This document shows, piece by piece, positions 9,530 through 17,681 of a stretch of 64,000 nt of DNA (positions within the stretch are counted from its first letter, which is position 1; the number at the start of each line of letters is the position of its first letter). The DNA is taken from the NCBI GenBank assembly GCA_002839375.1, contig PGXY01000002.1, positions 473,037-537,036 of the forward strand, given 5' to 3'. Made by a program: the position numbers and the translations under genes. Below the pieces are notes generated by a model. The model was not told where the DNA came from. It did no database searches and saw only the letters and a list, made by a program, of their open reading frames with translations. Source of the DNA: Spirochaetae bacterium HGW-Spirochaetae-1 (GTDB lineage: Bacteria > Spirochaetota > UBA4802 > UBA5550).

Positions 9530-10786
9530 ATGATAACTACAGGATGTACTATGGAAAGTAATAGTAAAATAATCGGTGAAAATATGTACCGGTTCCAATC
9601 GGCCCTTGCCGAGAGCGGTTCTTCTCTGGAAGACTTTATCCGTGAGAATTACACCCGGAAATGGCTTTCCGATGAGCTTTTTCATGCAGCCGCGGTGAGG
9701 ACGACATTCGTCCATGCCATAAACCAGTTCCTGGTCAATGAAGGGCTCTTCAATCTGGAAAAAGTCATGCTCAGCATTATCACCGACCCGCTGGCCCATG
9801 ACATAGAGCACACTCCTTCTATACAGTATAAAGGGCATACGTATCTGACCACGCACAGCATGATCTATAGCAAATTCCTCGCCTGTTCCAATCCAAAACT
9901 GAAAGGTATATTCGTTGATTCGCCCAATATCCGGCTTGAACTGGAAGATCCCAACAATGTGCAGCGCGGGAAATATCTGGCCGATTTTTCCCAGATTGAC
10001 ATTGAAATGCGGAGAAACAGGAATATCACCCTTGAAGACTACTACACAAAGAAGTCCATGGTGCTCGATATTCTTCGCCAGGACATGGATGTTGCGAAAA
10101 GTCTTTTCGAGAGAATGATCGTATTCGCCTGCGAGGAAATAAACAGGAAAAACAGTGAAAACCTGAAGGCCCTGGGAGTGGTGATTGAAGTGCCGAAAAT
10201 TCCTTTTCCATCCTTTCACAAGGATGATGCGGTGAAGAAACACGGCGCCAGGCACCATGAAGAAAAATGCGGTGAAGATACAAAAGCTCAGTTTTTCTGG
10301 ATCACGGGACTGCTCCGCGAGAACTACGATCTTATCTATCCGTATCTCAATGCCGACGGAACCAGGGCAGTCATGTCCGATGTCGGTTCGGAGAATATTT
10401 TCAATTATGACATACTGGCGAAAAGCATCGATTCAAAAACAGGGAAGCAGACGCAGGCCAGAGAAATTCTTTCCGGCGCTATCCGCGAGTGGCTCTTTGA
10501 ACCTATAATTGAACGCATCATCGATAACAAGGTCCTTCCCGTGCGGCCTGAAATCAGGGACGGCGGCATTGTAAATATCAATGAGCTGGGAGGATATGGC
10601 CCCTTCCTGTATTTTGCCTCCATGAAGGATGATAGCGGACGGTCCCTGTTCCCTGACACCTTCGGCGGCGGAATCGGCGTTGAGCGAAGCCTTTATGCTA
10701 TTTTGCGCGGCGATAAAATTAAGAAAATCGACGATATAACCTTTTTTGGGAAGAATCCCGATTCTCATCCGGTATATCTCTATTGA
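9530..10786 (+). CDS. class II aminoacyl-tRNA-synthetase-like catalytic-core protein (AsnRS/AspRS/AsnA-type paralogue) lacking anticodon-binding domain
   Basis: 418 aa. Motif 1-like VRTTFVHAINQFLVNEGLF, motif 2-like SPNIRLELEDPNNVQRGKYLADFSQIDIEM and motif 3 GGGIGVERSLYAIL all align with AsnS in the next gene (FRAE..., GFGLGFERL). There is no N-terminal OB fold. The antisense ORF 9515-10258 is rejected. Confidence 0.6.
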   Translation: MITTGCTMESNSKIIGENMYRFQSALAESGSSLEDFIRENYTRKWLSDELFHAAAVRTTFVHAINQFLVNEGLFNLEKVMLSIITDPLAHDIEHTPSIQYKGHTYLTTHSMIYSKFLACSNPKLKGIFVDSPNIRLELEDPNNVQRGKYLADFSQIDIEMRRNRNITLEDYYTKKSMVLDILRQDMDVAKSLFERMIVFACEEINRKNSENLKALGVVIEVPKIPFPSFHKDDAVKKHGARHHEEKCGEDTKAQFFWITGLLRENYDLIYPYLNADGTRAVMSDVGSENIFNYDILAKSIDSKTGKQTQAREILSGAIREWLFEPIIERIIDNKVLPVRPEIRDGGIVNINELGGYGPFLYFASMKDDSGRSLFPDTFGGGIGVERSLYAILRGDKIKKIDDITFFGKNPDSHPVYLY

Positions 10787-10961
10787 TATCAATTCAGCGG
10801 GGGGTCTTAAAATACTTATTCCTTTTTGGACCCTCCTGTTTCTGATATCCGTAATTATTTATCATACCGTATGCATGTTCCCCGGAAGTACTCCTTATTC
10901 CTGATGACAAATCAATACCTATGGAAACCGGGTTTGTGAAAACATTAATTCTGAACAATAG

Positions 10962-10990
10962 TTGACAAAAATACGAATCCGAATAGCTCT
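10962..10990 (+). promoter_or_regulatory. candidate promoter / shared upstream motif TTGACAAAAATACGAATCCGAATAGC upstream of asnS
   Basis: Consensus -35 TTGACA 57 nt before the asnS ATG. It shares TTGACAAAA...AATCC...TAGC with the element at 12471. The -10 is weak. Confidence 0.3.
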
Positions 10991-11018
10991 ATTCCAAACT
11001 GAAGAGGGGAGACGACTT

Positions 11019-12404
11019 ATGAATACTGCCAGTGTAAAAACCATATTGACCATGACGGGGAGCAATCAGACTCTTACTGTTGACGGCTGGGTCCGGACGA
11101 AACGTGAATCGAAGGGAGTGTCTTTCCTCGAGTTAAATGACGGTTCAACCATTAAAAATCTGCAGGTAGTGGTAGAGGCCGCCTATCCCGGTTACGAAGA
11201 GATTCTAGCGAGAATCAATACGGGTTGCAGTCTGTCCGTGCAGGGTAGACTTGTCTCTTCGGAAGGCACCGGCCAGACAGTGGAGGTTAAGGCTGAAAAT
11301 ATAACTGTAATAGGCGAAACACCGCAGGATTTTGTCCTGCAGAAAAAGCGTCACAGCTTTGAATTTCTCCGGGAGATAGCCCACCTGAGAGCCAGGACCA
11401 ACTCTTTCGGCGCCGTAGCACGGGTGCGCAGCGCCATGAGCTATGCCATACACAGCTTTTTCCAGGAGCGCGGGTTCCTGTATATTCATACACCAATTAT
11501 CACAGGCAGCGACTGTGAAGGGGCCGGGGAGATGTTCCAGGTAACCACTATCCCGTTGGAGACCGTTCCACTGGTCAATGGTCAGGTCGATTATTCAAGA
11601 GATTTTTTCGGCAAGAAGGCATCCCTTACCGTCAGCGGTCAGCTTGAAGGAGAAACATACGCCCTTGCACTGAAAAATATTTATACATTTGGTCCCACAT
11701 TCCGCGCTGAAAACTCCAATACTTCAAGGCATCTTGCCGAATTCTGGATGGTAGAACCGGAAATGGCATTCTGCAATATCACGGGAAACATGGATACGGC
11801 CGAAGAATTTTTGAAATACATCTTTAAGTATGTTCTCGATACCTGCGCCGATGACATGGATTTTTTTGACAGTAGGATAAGCAAGGGGATTATTGAGAAT
11901 TTGCAGAATATAATAGACAGTAATTTTGAGAGGGTAGCCTACACCGAGGCCGTTGAACAACTGCTCAAAGCCGGCCAATCCTTTGAGTTCCCGGTAAAAT
12001 GGGGCATCGATCTGCAGAGCGAGCATGAAAAATTCTTAACGGAAAAAATTTATAATAAACCGGTCATTCTCACCGATTATCCCCGTGAGATAAAGGCCTT
12101 TTACATGAAACAGAACGATGACGGGAAAACAGTGCGGGCCATGGATGTTCTGGTGCCGCGTCTCGGTGAAATAATCGGCGGCAGCGAACGTGAGGACAGC
12201 TACGATAAACTCGTACAGAGGATCCGTGAAAACGATCTGAATCCCGATGATTATTGGTGGTACCTGGACCTGCGCAGGTTCGGGTCGGTTCCCCACGCGG
12301 GATTTGGACTGGGATTTGAACGACTAATACAGTTTGTTACGGGGATGCAGAATATCCGCGATGTAATTCCCTATCCCAGGGCAGTTAATTCCCTTGATTT
12401 CTAA
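11019..12404 (+). CDS. asnS: asparaginyl-tRNA synthetase
   Basis: Anticodon-binding OB fold, motif 2 [21 protein letters not shown] and motif 3 [15 protein letters not shown]. The start is set at the ATG at 11019, preceded by GGGGAG with a 7-nt spacer. The ORF-track start at 10962 is a TTG. Confidence 0.9.
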   Translation: MNTASVKTILTMTGSNQTLTVDGWVRTKRESKGVSFLELNDGSTIKNLQVVVEAAYPGYEEILARINTGCSLSVQGRLVSSEGTGQTVEVKAENITVIGETPQDFVLQKKRHSFEFLREIAHLRARTNSFGAVARVRSAMSYAIHSFFQERGFLYIHTPIITGSDCEGAGEMFQVTTIPLETVPLVNGQVDYSRDFFGKKASLTVSGQLEGETYALALKNIYTFGPTFRAENSNTSRHLAEFWMVEPEMAFCNITGNMDTAEEFLKYIFKYVLDTCADDMDFFDSRISKGIIENLQNIIDSNFERVAYTEAVEQLLKAGQSFEFPVKWGIDLQSEHEKFLTEKIYNKPVILTDYPREIKAFYMKQNDDGKTVRAMDVLVPRLGEIIGGSEREDSYDKLVQRIRENDLNPDDYWWYLDLRRFGSVPHAGFGLGFERLIQFVTGMQNIRDVIPYPRAVNSLDF

Positions 12405-12470
12405 GTTTAACGGGAACAACGGAACAGCTGATTCAGGTTCAGCGAATATCCCGTTGTTTTTGCGATAATA

Positions 12471-12499
12471 ATTGACAAAATCTCAAATCCATTATAGCA
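12471..12499 (+). promoter_or_regulatory. candidate promoter / shared upstream motif TTGACAAAATCTCAAATCCATTATAGC upstream of M18 aminopeptidase gene
   Basis: Same TTGACAAAA...AATCC...TAGC architecture as at 10962, about 65 nt before the ATG at 12540. Confidence 0.3.
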
Positions 12500-12539
12500 G
12501 TAACCCCTAAGATAATATGCCTTCAGGCAGGAGCTGCGA

Positions 12540-13835
12540 ATGGACCAGGAAACCTTTAACCGGGGACTCATAGATTTTATCAACGAATCGCCCACGGCCT
12601 TTCATGCTGTTTCCGCCATGGAAAGCATGCTCAAAGCCGCGGGCTTCAGCGGACTCAATGAATCCGATGCCTGGTCTCTGGATGAGGGAAAAGGGTATTA
12701 CGTCATCCGGAATGGTTCATCGATTATTACCTTTACCACGGGAAAAAAAGATAAACATCCTACAGGCTTCCGTATGACGGGTGCCCACACCGACAGTCCA
12801 TGCCTTAAAATAAAACCTGATCCCCTTTTGAAAAACAACGGTTATGTACAACTGGGCGTAGAGGTCTATGGCGGAGCCCTTCTGAATCCCTGGTTTGACC
12901 GCGATCTATCTATTGCGGGACGAGTGAGCTTCCTTGACGAAAAAAATACAATCCGTTCATGCCTGGTGGATTTTAAAAGACCCGTTGCCTTTATTTCGAG
13001 TCTGGCCATACATTTCGACCGGGAAGCCAATAAGAACCGCTCAATAAATGCCCAGAAAGACCTTCCTCCCATCATAATGAACATGCCTGCAGGGGAATTC
13101 TCATTTTCAGAAATTCTATCGTCGGAACTTAAAAATCAGGGACTTTGTGCCGAGGGGATATCCGTCAATGATTTTGAACTTTATCTGTATGACACGCAGA
13201 GTTCTTCATTGCTGGGCATGAACAATGAATATATAGCAGGAGGAAGATTGGACAATCTCCTGAGCTGTTATACGGGAATTCAGGCCTTGATATACAGCGA
13301 TAGGTCCAACCCGTGCATGATGGTCTGCAATGATCATGAAGAGGTGGGAAGCGTTTCTTTTACCGGGGCTCAGGGGACCTTCCTGCGGTCCGTTCTGCAG
13401 CGGCTTTCCAGGGACCCGGAAAACTATTACCGGATGCTGAGCAGGTCCATGTTTATATCCATGGATAATGCACATGGAATTCATCCCAATTATGCCGATA
13501 AATATGATATAAATCATGGTCCTGTGCTCAACAAGGGGCCGGTAATTAAAATGAATGCCGGCCAGCGGTATGCGTCGGACAGTGAAACGGTTGCCGTGAT
13601 ACGGAGCATTGCATCGGGACTGGCTATACCGCTCCAGACATTTGTGATGAGGAGCGATCTGGCATGCGGAAGCACCATTGGTCCGCTAACATCGGCTGAG
13701 GTCGGTTTGAAAACTGTTGATATGGGTGTACCAACCTTTGCCATGCATTCCATTCGTGAAGTAGCGGGTTCAACAGATCCATTTTTACTTTTTTCACTGA
13801 TTTGCGGATTTAACAGTAGCAGTATAACTATTTAG
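12540..13835 (+). CDS. M18-family aminopeptidase (aspartyl aminopeptidase-like)
   Basis: 431 aa. Motifs GAHTDSPCLKIKP, NDHEEVGS and the C-terminal MRSDLACGSTIGP are typical of M18 aminopeptidases. Confidence 0.8.
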   Translation: MDQETFNRGLIDFINESPTAFHAVSAMESMLKAAGFSGLNESDAWSLDEGKGYYVIRNGSSIITFTTGKKDKHPTGFRMTGAHTDSPCLKIKPDPLLKNNGYVQLGVEVYGGALLNPWFDRDLSIAGRVSFLDEKNTIRSCLVDFKRPVAFISSLAIHFDREANKNRSINAQKDLPPIIMNMPAGEFSFSEILSSELKNQGLCAEGISVNDFELYLYDTQSSSLLGMNNEYIAGGRLDNLLSCYTGIQALIYSDRSNPCMMVCNDHEEVGSVSFTGAQGTFLRSVLQRLSRDPENYYRMLSRSMFISMDNAHGIHPNYADKYDINHGPVLNKGPVIKMNAGQRYASDSETVAVIRSIASGLAIPLQTFVMRSDLACGSTIGPLTSAEVGLKTVDMGVPTFAMHSIREVAGSTDPFLLFSLICGFNSSSITI

Positions 13836-13875
13836 AGATATACTGGATATACATGCGGAAGACAAGGATAGGGAT

Positions 13876-15039
13876 GTGACCAAATCAAAACACAGGCATG
13901 ATCTCAATGAGGACAACGGGAAAAACGTCGACAGCATTGAGACCAGTTACAATGAATCGATAGTCCGATACTATCGGCACGTCCTGAGAAAACAGGATGA
14001 ACAGGTCCTGAAAAAAATACAGAAAATTCCCGATGACTGGGATGAGTATGATAAAACACGTCTTATATCTGACCCGGAAATTTCCGAGGATGAAAAAAAG
14101 CGGCTGTCCGATATCAAATCTAAAAAGGCCTGGGAACTGAAATTTGAAAGTCTGAATATATATTACCTGATTACTATTGAAAACACCATGATATCATGCC
14201 TCACCCATAAAATTCTCACCGATGATGAAATACATGAAGCGCAGGATTCCGTGAACAGCATCATCACGGAGATCGGCGGAAATATTAAAAATTTCAAACA
14301 TCTGCTGCTGAGCCTGGCCAAGAGGGCTGTCAGCGATCTTTATTATCTCATGATGACATTCCGTAAGTACTATTACAAACTCAATGTTGTTTTCGATGAA
14401 GATTTTCTACGATTTTGCGATGATCTCATCACTTTCTTTGATGAATACAGGGTCATGACCAGGAATATTTCCGGTTTTAAAAAGACCAGAGAATTCCTGT
14501 CCAGGTTTTTCCCCGTGAGTGCGAATAAACGGGGATGGAACATCGATGAGACGGCATTGAAGGAGTTCTTCGAAGAGGAAATAAAAGATGAGGCCAGGAC
14601 TCTCGCTGAATTAAAGAGAACCATATCTGCCGCCTACCTGTATAAGAAGAAGCAGAAAAAAGATTATGAATTTATAAAATATTATTATAATGAGCGAGAC
14701 GGGAAACTATTCAGGTATAATTTTGTTGTGAATTCCCTTTCTCAGAAATTGATAGACCAGAAGATCTCAGCCGATGTCTTCGAAGGATTTAAAAAGATCA
14801 GGGAAAATTTCATAAACCTGGTAAGGAATTTTGAAAACCGTGGCCTCCAGGGATTCGGTTCTCCCGATCTTTCTTATGGACAGCTGGTTGAGTTTATTTT
14901 TAAAGGGAGCCTGGTTCTCGAGTATTATTATCTTCGTACGCTACAGCATGACGAACTTCAGAAATTCCGAAACGATGTGCTTCATTACGTGGAGGAGGAA
15001 TATAATCAACTCAATCCCGATGCCGGGCGTTTTCGTTAA
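13876..15039 (+). CDS. hypothetical protein (387 aa, highly charged, K/E/D/Y-rich, no recognisable domain)
   Basis: Long ORF with protein-like composition and no convincing antisense alternative. Confidence 0.5.
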   Translation: MTKSKHRHDLNEDNGKNVDSIETSYNESIVRYYRHVLRKQDEQVLKKIQKIPDDWDEYDKTRLISDPEISEDEKKRLSDIKSKKAWELKFESLNIYYLITIENTMISCLTHKILTDDEIHEAQDSVNSIITEIGGNIKNFKHLLLSLAKRAVSDLYYLMMTFRKYYYKLNVVFDEDFLRFCDDLITFFDEYRVMTRNISGFKKTREFLSRFFPVSANKRGWNIDETALKEFFEEEIKDEARTLAELKRTISAAYLYKKKQKKDYEFIKYYYNERDGKLFRYNFVVNSLSQKLIDQKISADVFEGFKKIRENFINLVRNFENRGLQGFGSPDLSYGQLVEFIFKGSLVLEYYYLRTLQHDELQKFRNDVLHYVEEEYNQLNPDAGRFR

Positions 15040-15059
15040 TACGGCAACAGGGGACCATT

Positions 15060-15359
15060 TCAGGCTTTTCTTCTATCAGCGACGCGCCTGTCGTTGACTT
15101 CACAGGCAAATACATTCCGGCAGTATAGAAGTCGCTGTTTTAATCTTCTGTCACCTGTTTTCCGCCGGTCTTCAGTGCGGCGTTCTATATGGCTTTTATT
15201 GAAAATCAAACCATGGTCATAGCGTGTAGAAGTATTGTCAGTTCGTACCAGTACAAACCTAATAAATTTGGAAATATTGCTGAATATTTTGTAGAATATA
15301 ATGGTTGCCAGAGCTATTACCGAATAGAGGATGATATATTCAATTGTTGTCAATCCCAT
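15060..15359 (-). CDS. small membrane-anchored protein with basic DRR-repeat tail
   Basis: N-terminal TM helix (LTTIEYIILYSVIALATIIFYKIF), then a tail with repeated D-R-R units (EDRRKTGDRRLKQR...NDRRVADRRKA). A strong RBS (GGAGG, 9 nt) precedes the ATG at 15359. The antisense ORF 15189-15398 is rejected. Confidence 0.5.
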   Translation of the reverse strand: MGLTTIEYIILYSVIALATIIFYKIFSNISKFIRFVLVRTDNTSTRYDHGLIFNKSHIERRTEDRRKTGDRRLKQRLLYCRNVFACEVNDRRVADRRKA

Positions 15360-15434
15360 CAATTTATTCCTCCAGGGGAATTTTCTATTTATCTATAAGT
15401 AAATTGTAAGAAAGGGTGCAGAAAAAGTCAAATT

Positions 15435-15462
15435 AAAAAGCCCATTCATGTGGGCTTTTTTT
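15435..15462. terminator. rho-independent terminator-like hairpin aaaaagccca-ttcatg-tgggcttttttt
   Basis: GC stem with a T-run on the plus strand and an A-run on the other side. It lies in the divergent gap between the small DRR-repeat gene and the STAS gene. It may stop read-through from the 13876-15039 gene. Confidence 0.45.
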
Positions 15463-15536
15463 GAAAATTATCATCAATATTGGCTTGACAGTTTAACTTT
15501 GCCGTATCTTATTTTTAAATTACTTTTGACGTTATA

Positions 15537-15929
15537 ATGGTCAGGGAGCATATAGTGAGTCAAGGCTCAAATTATAATTTTTACTCATATGAGATTATTG
15601 ATGATATATTAATAATATCCATCGAACTTGAAAGACTTGATATGTACAATGTACATGATGTGCTCAATGAAACTGACCATAATTTCAAGGGTACCTCATT
15701 TTCACATGTTATAATTGAAGTTAAATCACTGAAATATGTTGATGCCACAGCCATTGGTGCTCTCATGGTGGCTATGGGAAGGATGAAAAAAAGAAAAAGA
15801 GGGGGCGATATATTTATCGTAACCGAAAGAAGCTCTCTGCTGAAGATTAAGGAACTGGTCAAGCTGGATAACCATATATTTAAAAGCAGGGAAGAAGCTT
15901 TGTTGCACATCCAAAAACTGAATTCTTAA
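15537..15929 (+). CDS. STAS-domain protein (anti-sigma-factor antagonist, SpoIIAA/RsbV-like)
   Basis: 130 aa. The sequence IIEVKSLKYVDATAIGALMVAMGRMKKRKRGGDIFIV...LKIKELVKLDNHIFKSREEAL matches the STAS fold pattern. Confidence 0.7.
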   Translation: MVREHIVSQGSNYNFYSYEIIDDILIISIELERLDMYNVHDVLNETDHNFKGTSFSHVIIEVKSLKYVDATAIGALMVAMGRMKKRKRGGDIFIVTERSSLLKIKELVKLDNHIFKSREEALLHIQKLNS

Positions 15930-15954
15930 AAAATGGATATCCAGGGAAGTAATA

Positions 15955-16422
15955 ATGAAAGTTGGATTTGTGGGAAATCAAAAAGAGATGTCAAAGCAGC
16001 AAAAAGATACTCTTATTCGTATTATGAAAAAATTAAAACATACGTATCAGAACATTGACTTCCATATGGGGAGCGCGGCGGGTTCTGACGCGGAAGCCTT
16101 TGCCATCGTTGTGGAGAACGGTCTGGTAAGCCGATTATTTTATTATCCCTCAAGTAATCCCGACGAAAATGCCTTTGATATCGAAGATCCAAGAGATCTG
16201 GAGAAGAAAGAGATAAAACTGCTGCGGCAAAAGGAGCGTACGATTTTCGAAAGAAACAGAAGCATCGTTGATACATGCGACATGATAATCGCCGTTCCCC
16301 GGGAAACATTGGAAAAAAGGGAATCTGAAACGTGGATGGCTATACGATACTCAAAAATTCAGAAGAAACGTCTTTTTACCCTCTATCCCGACGGGAAAGC
16401 AACAAAGTGGCCCACGCGATAG
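15955..16422 (+). CDS. small Rossmann-like protein with DprA/SLOG-like motif (GSAAGSDAEAFAIV)
   Basis: 155 aa. The motif resembles the GxARGIDxxAH region of DprA/SMF and LOG-like (SLOG) nucleotide-binding domains. The assignment is tentative. Confidence 0.4.
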   Translation: MKVGFVGNQKEMSKQQKDTLIRIMKKLKHTYQNIDFHMGSAAGSDAEAFAIVVENGLVSRLFYYPSSNPDENAFDIEDPRDLEKKEIKLLRQKERTIFERNRSIVDTCDMIIAVPRETLEKRESETWMAIRYSKIQKKRLFTLYPDGKATKWPTR

Positions 16423-16452
16423 CGGCCCGTCCGGATATATAAATGGCCTCTC

Positions 16453-17673
16453 TTATTTCTGACCGGAGATTTCCTCGAGTACCGTTTTTACATCACGGGC
16501 AATTTTCAGCTCTTCATTGGTTGGAACGACCAGAACAGTAACACGTGAATCAGCGGAGCTGATTATGCGTATGCCTTTACCGGTATCATTGTTTCTGTCA
16601 TTATCAATATGTATCCCCAGTTCTTCCAGGTTTTCGCAGGCCAGTTTCCGGATCAAGGGTACATTTTCGCCAATTCCTGCCGTAAATATCATAACATCAA
16701 GTCGTCCCAGGGCAGCATAATAGGCCCCGATGTATTTTTTGATCTGATACGTAAGCATTTCCACAGCGAGCCTCGATTTCTCGCACCCCTGTTCCATGTT
16801 TTGCAGAATTTCCCGCATGTCATTTTTTCCACAGATGCCGTAAAGGCCGCTTTTTTTATTCAGCATGGTGTCAATTCTTTCTATGGTGCAGCTGTTATTC
16901 TCGGCGAGAAAAAACGGAACGGCAGGGTCAAGATCTCCGCATCGGGTCCCCATCATTAGACCGGCCAGAGGGGTAAGGCCCATGGTTGTATCAACACATA
17001 TTCCCTGTTTTATGGCAGCCATACTGCTGCCGTTGCCGAGATGGATGGTGATCATGTTGAGCGTTTTTCGGTCCTTGCCGAGATGATCGGCTGCTTCCTG
17101 TGAAACAAAACCGTGTGATGTGCCGTGAAAACCGTATTTACGTATTCTGAAATTTTCATACATTTCAAATGGTATTGCGTACATGTATGAATATGGCTTC
17201 ATAGTCTGGTGAAAGGCCGTATCAAAAACGGCAATATGCTTTGCACCGGAAAATACCATCCTGGCAACTTCGATGCCGGTGAGATTGGCCGGATTATGGA
17301 GAGGGGCAAGGGGAATATTTTTTTTAATAGCGGCGATAATATCATCAGTTATTAATGCAGGGTTATGAAAATCTTCGCCGCCATGGACGACCCGGTGTCC
17401 CACCGCCTCAATTTCATCGCTGGTTTTTACAGAACCGTATTTTGAGTCGGTAAGCAAAGCTGCAATTCTGTTCAGACCGGTCCTGTGATCCGGTACCGGT
17501 TCTGTTTGCGTGAAACTATCGGTTGAGCCGTTTTTATAAACTTTATGATGTATGCTGCTGCCTTCCTGTCCGATCCTCTCTACCAGGCCTTCGGCAAGGA
17601 CTTGAATACCTTTCATGTCGAAGAGTCTATACTTTATTGAAGAGCTTCCGGTGTTTATGACGAGTACTTTCAT
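16453..17673 (-). CDS. ackA: acetate kinase
   Basis: 406 aa. N-terminal MKVLVINTGSSSIKYRLFDM plus ASKHA fold motifs. Confidence 0.9.
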   Translation of the reverse strand: MKVLVINTGSSSIKYRLFDMKGIQVLAEGLVERIGQEGSSIHHKVYKNGSTDSFTQTEPVPDHRTGLNRIAALLTDSKYGSVKTSDEIEAVGHRVVHGGEDFHNPALITDDIIAAIKKNIPLAPLHNPANLTGIEVARMVFSGAKHIAVFDTAFHQTMKPYSYMYAIPFEMYENFRIRKYGFHGTSHGFVSQEAADHLGKDRKTLNMITIHLGNGSSMAAIKQGICVDTTMGLTPLAGLMMGTRCGDLDPAVPFFLAENNSCTIERIDTMLNKKSGLYGICGKNDMREILQNMEQGCEKSRLAVEMLTYQIKKYIGAYYAALGRLDVMIFTAGIGENVPLIRKLACENLEELGIHIDNDRNNDTGKGIRIISSADSRVTVLVVPTNEELKIARDVKTVLEEISGQK

Positions 17674-17681
17674 AGCCTCTC

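Noticed and set aside
9515-10258. 247-aa minus-strand ORF overlapping the aaRS-like gene
   Set aside because: Antisense shadow of the plus-strand gene, which carries recognisable class II aaRS motifs. No RBS and no domain signal.
15189-15398. 69-aa plus-strand ORF that ends just before the 15435 hairpin
   Set aside because: Overlaps the minus-strand DRR-repeat gene, which has a strong GGAGG RBS and a TM-helix plus charged-tail organisation. The plus ORF has an implausible composition and no RBS.
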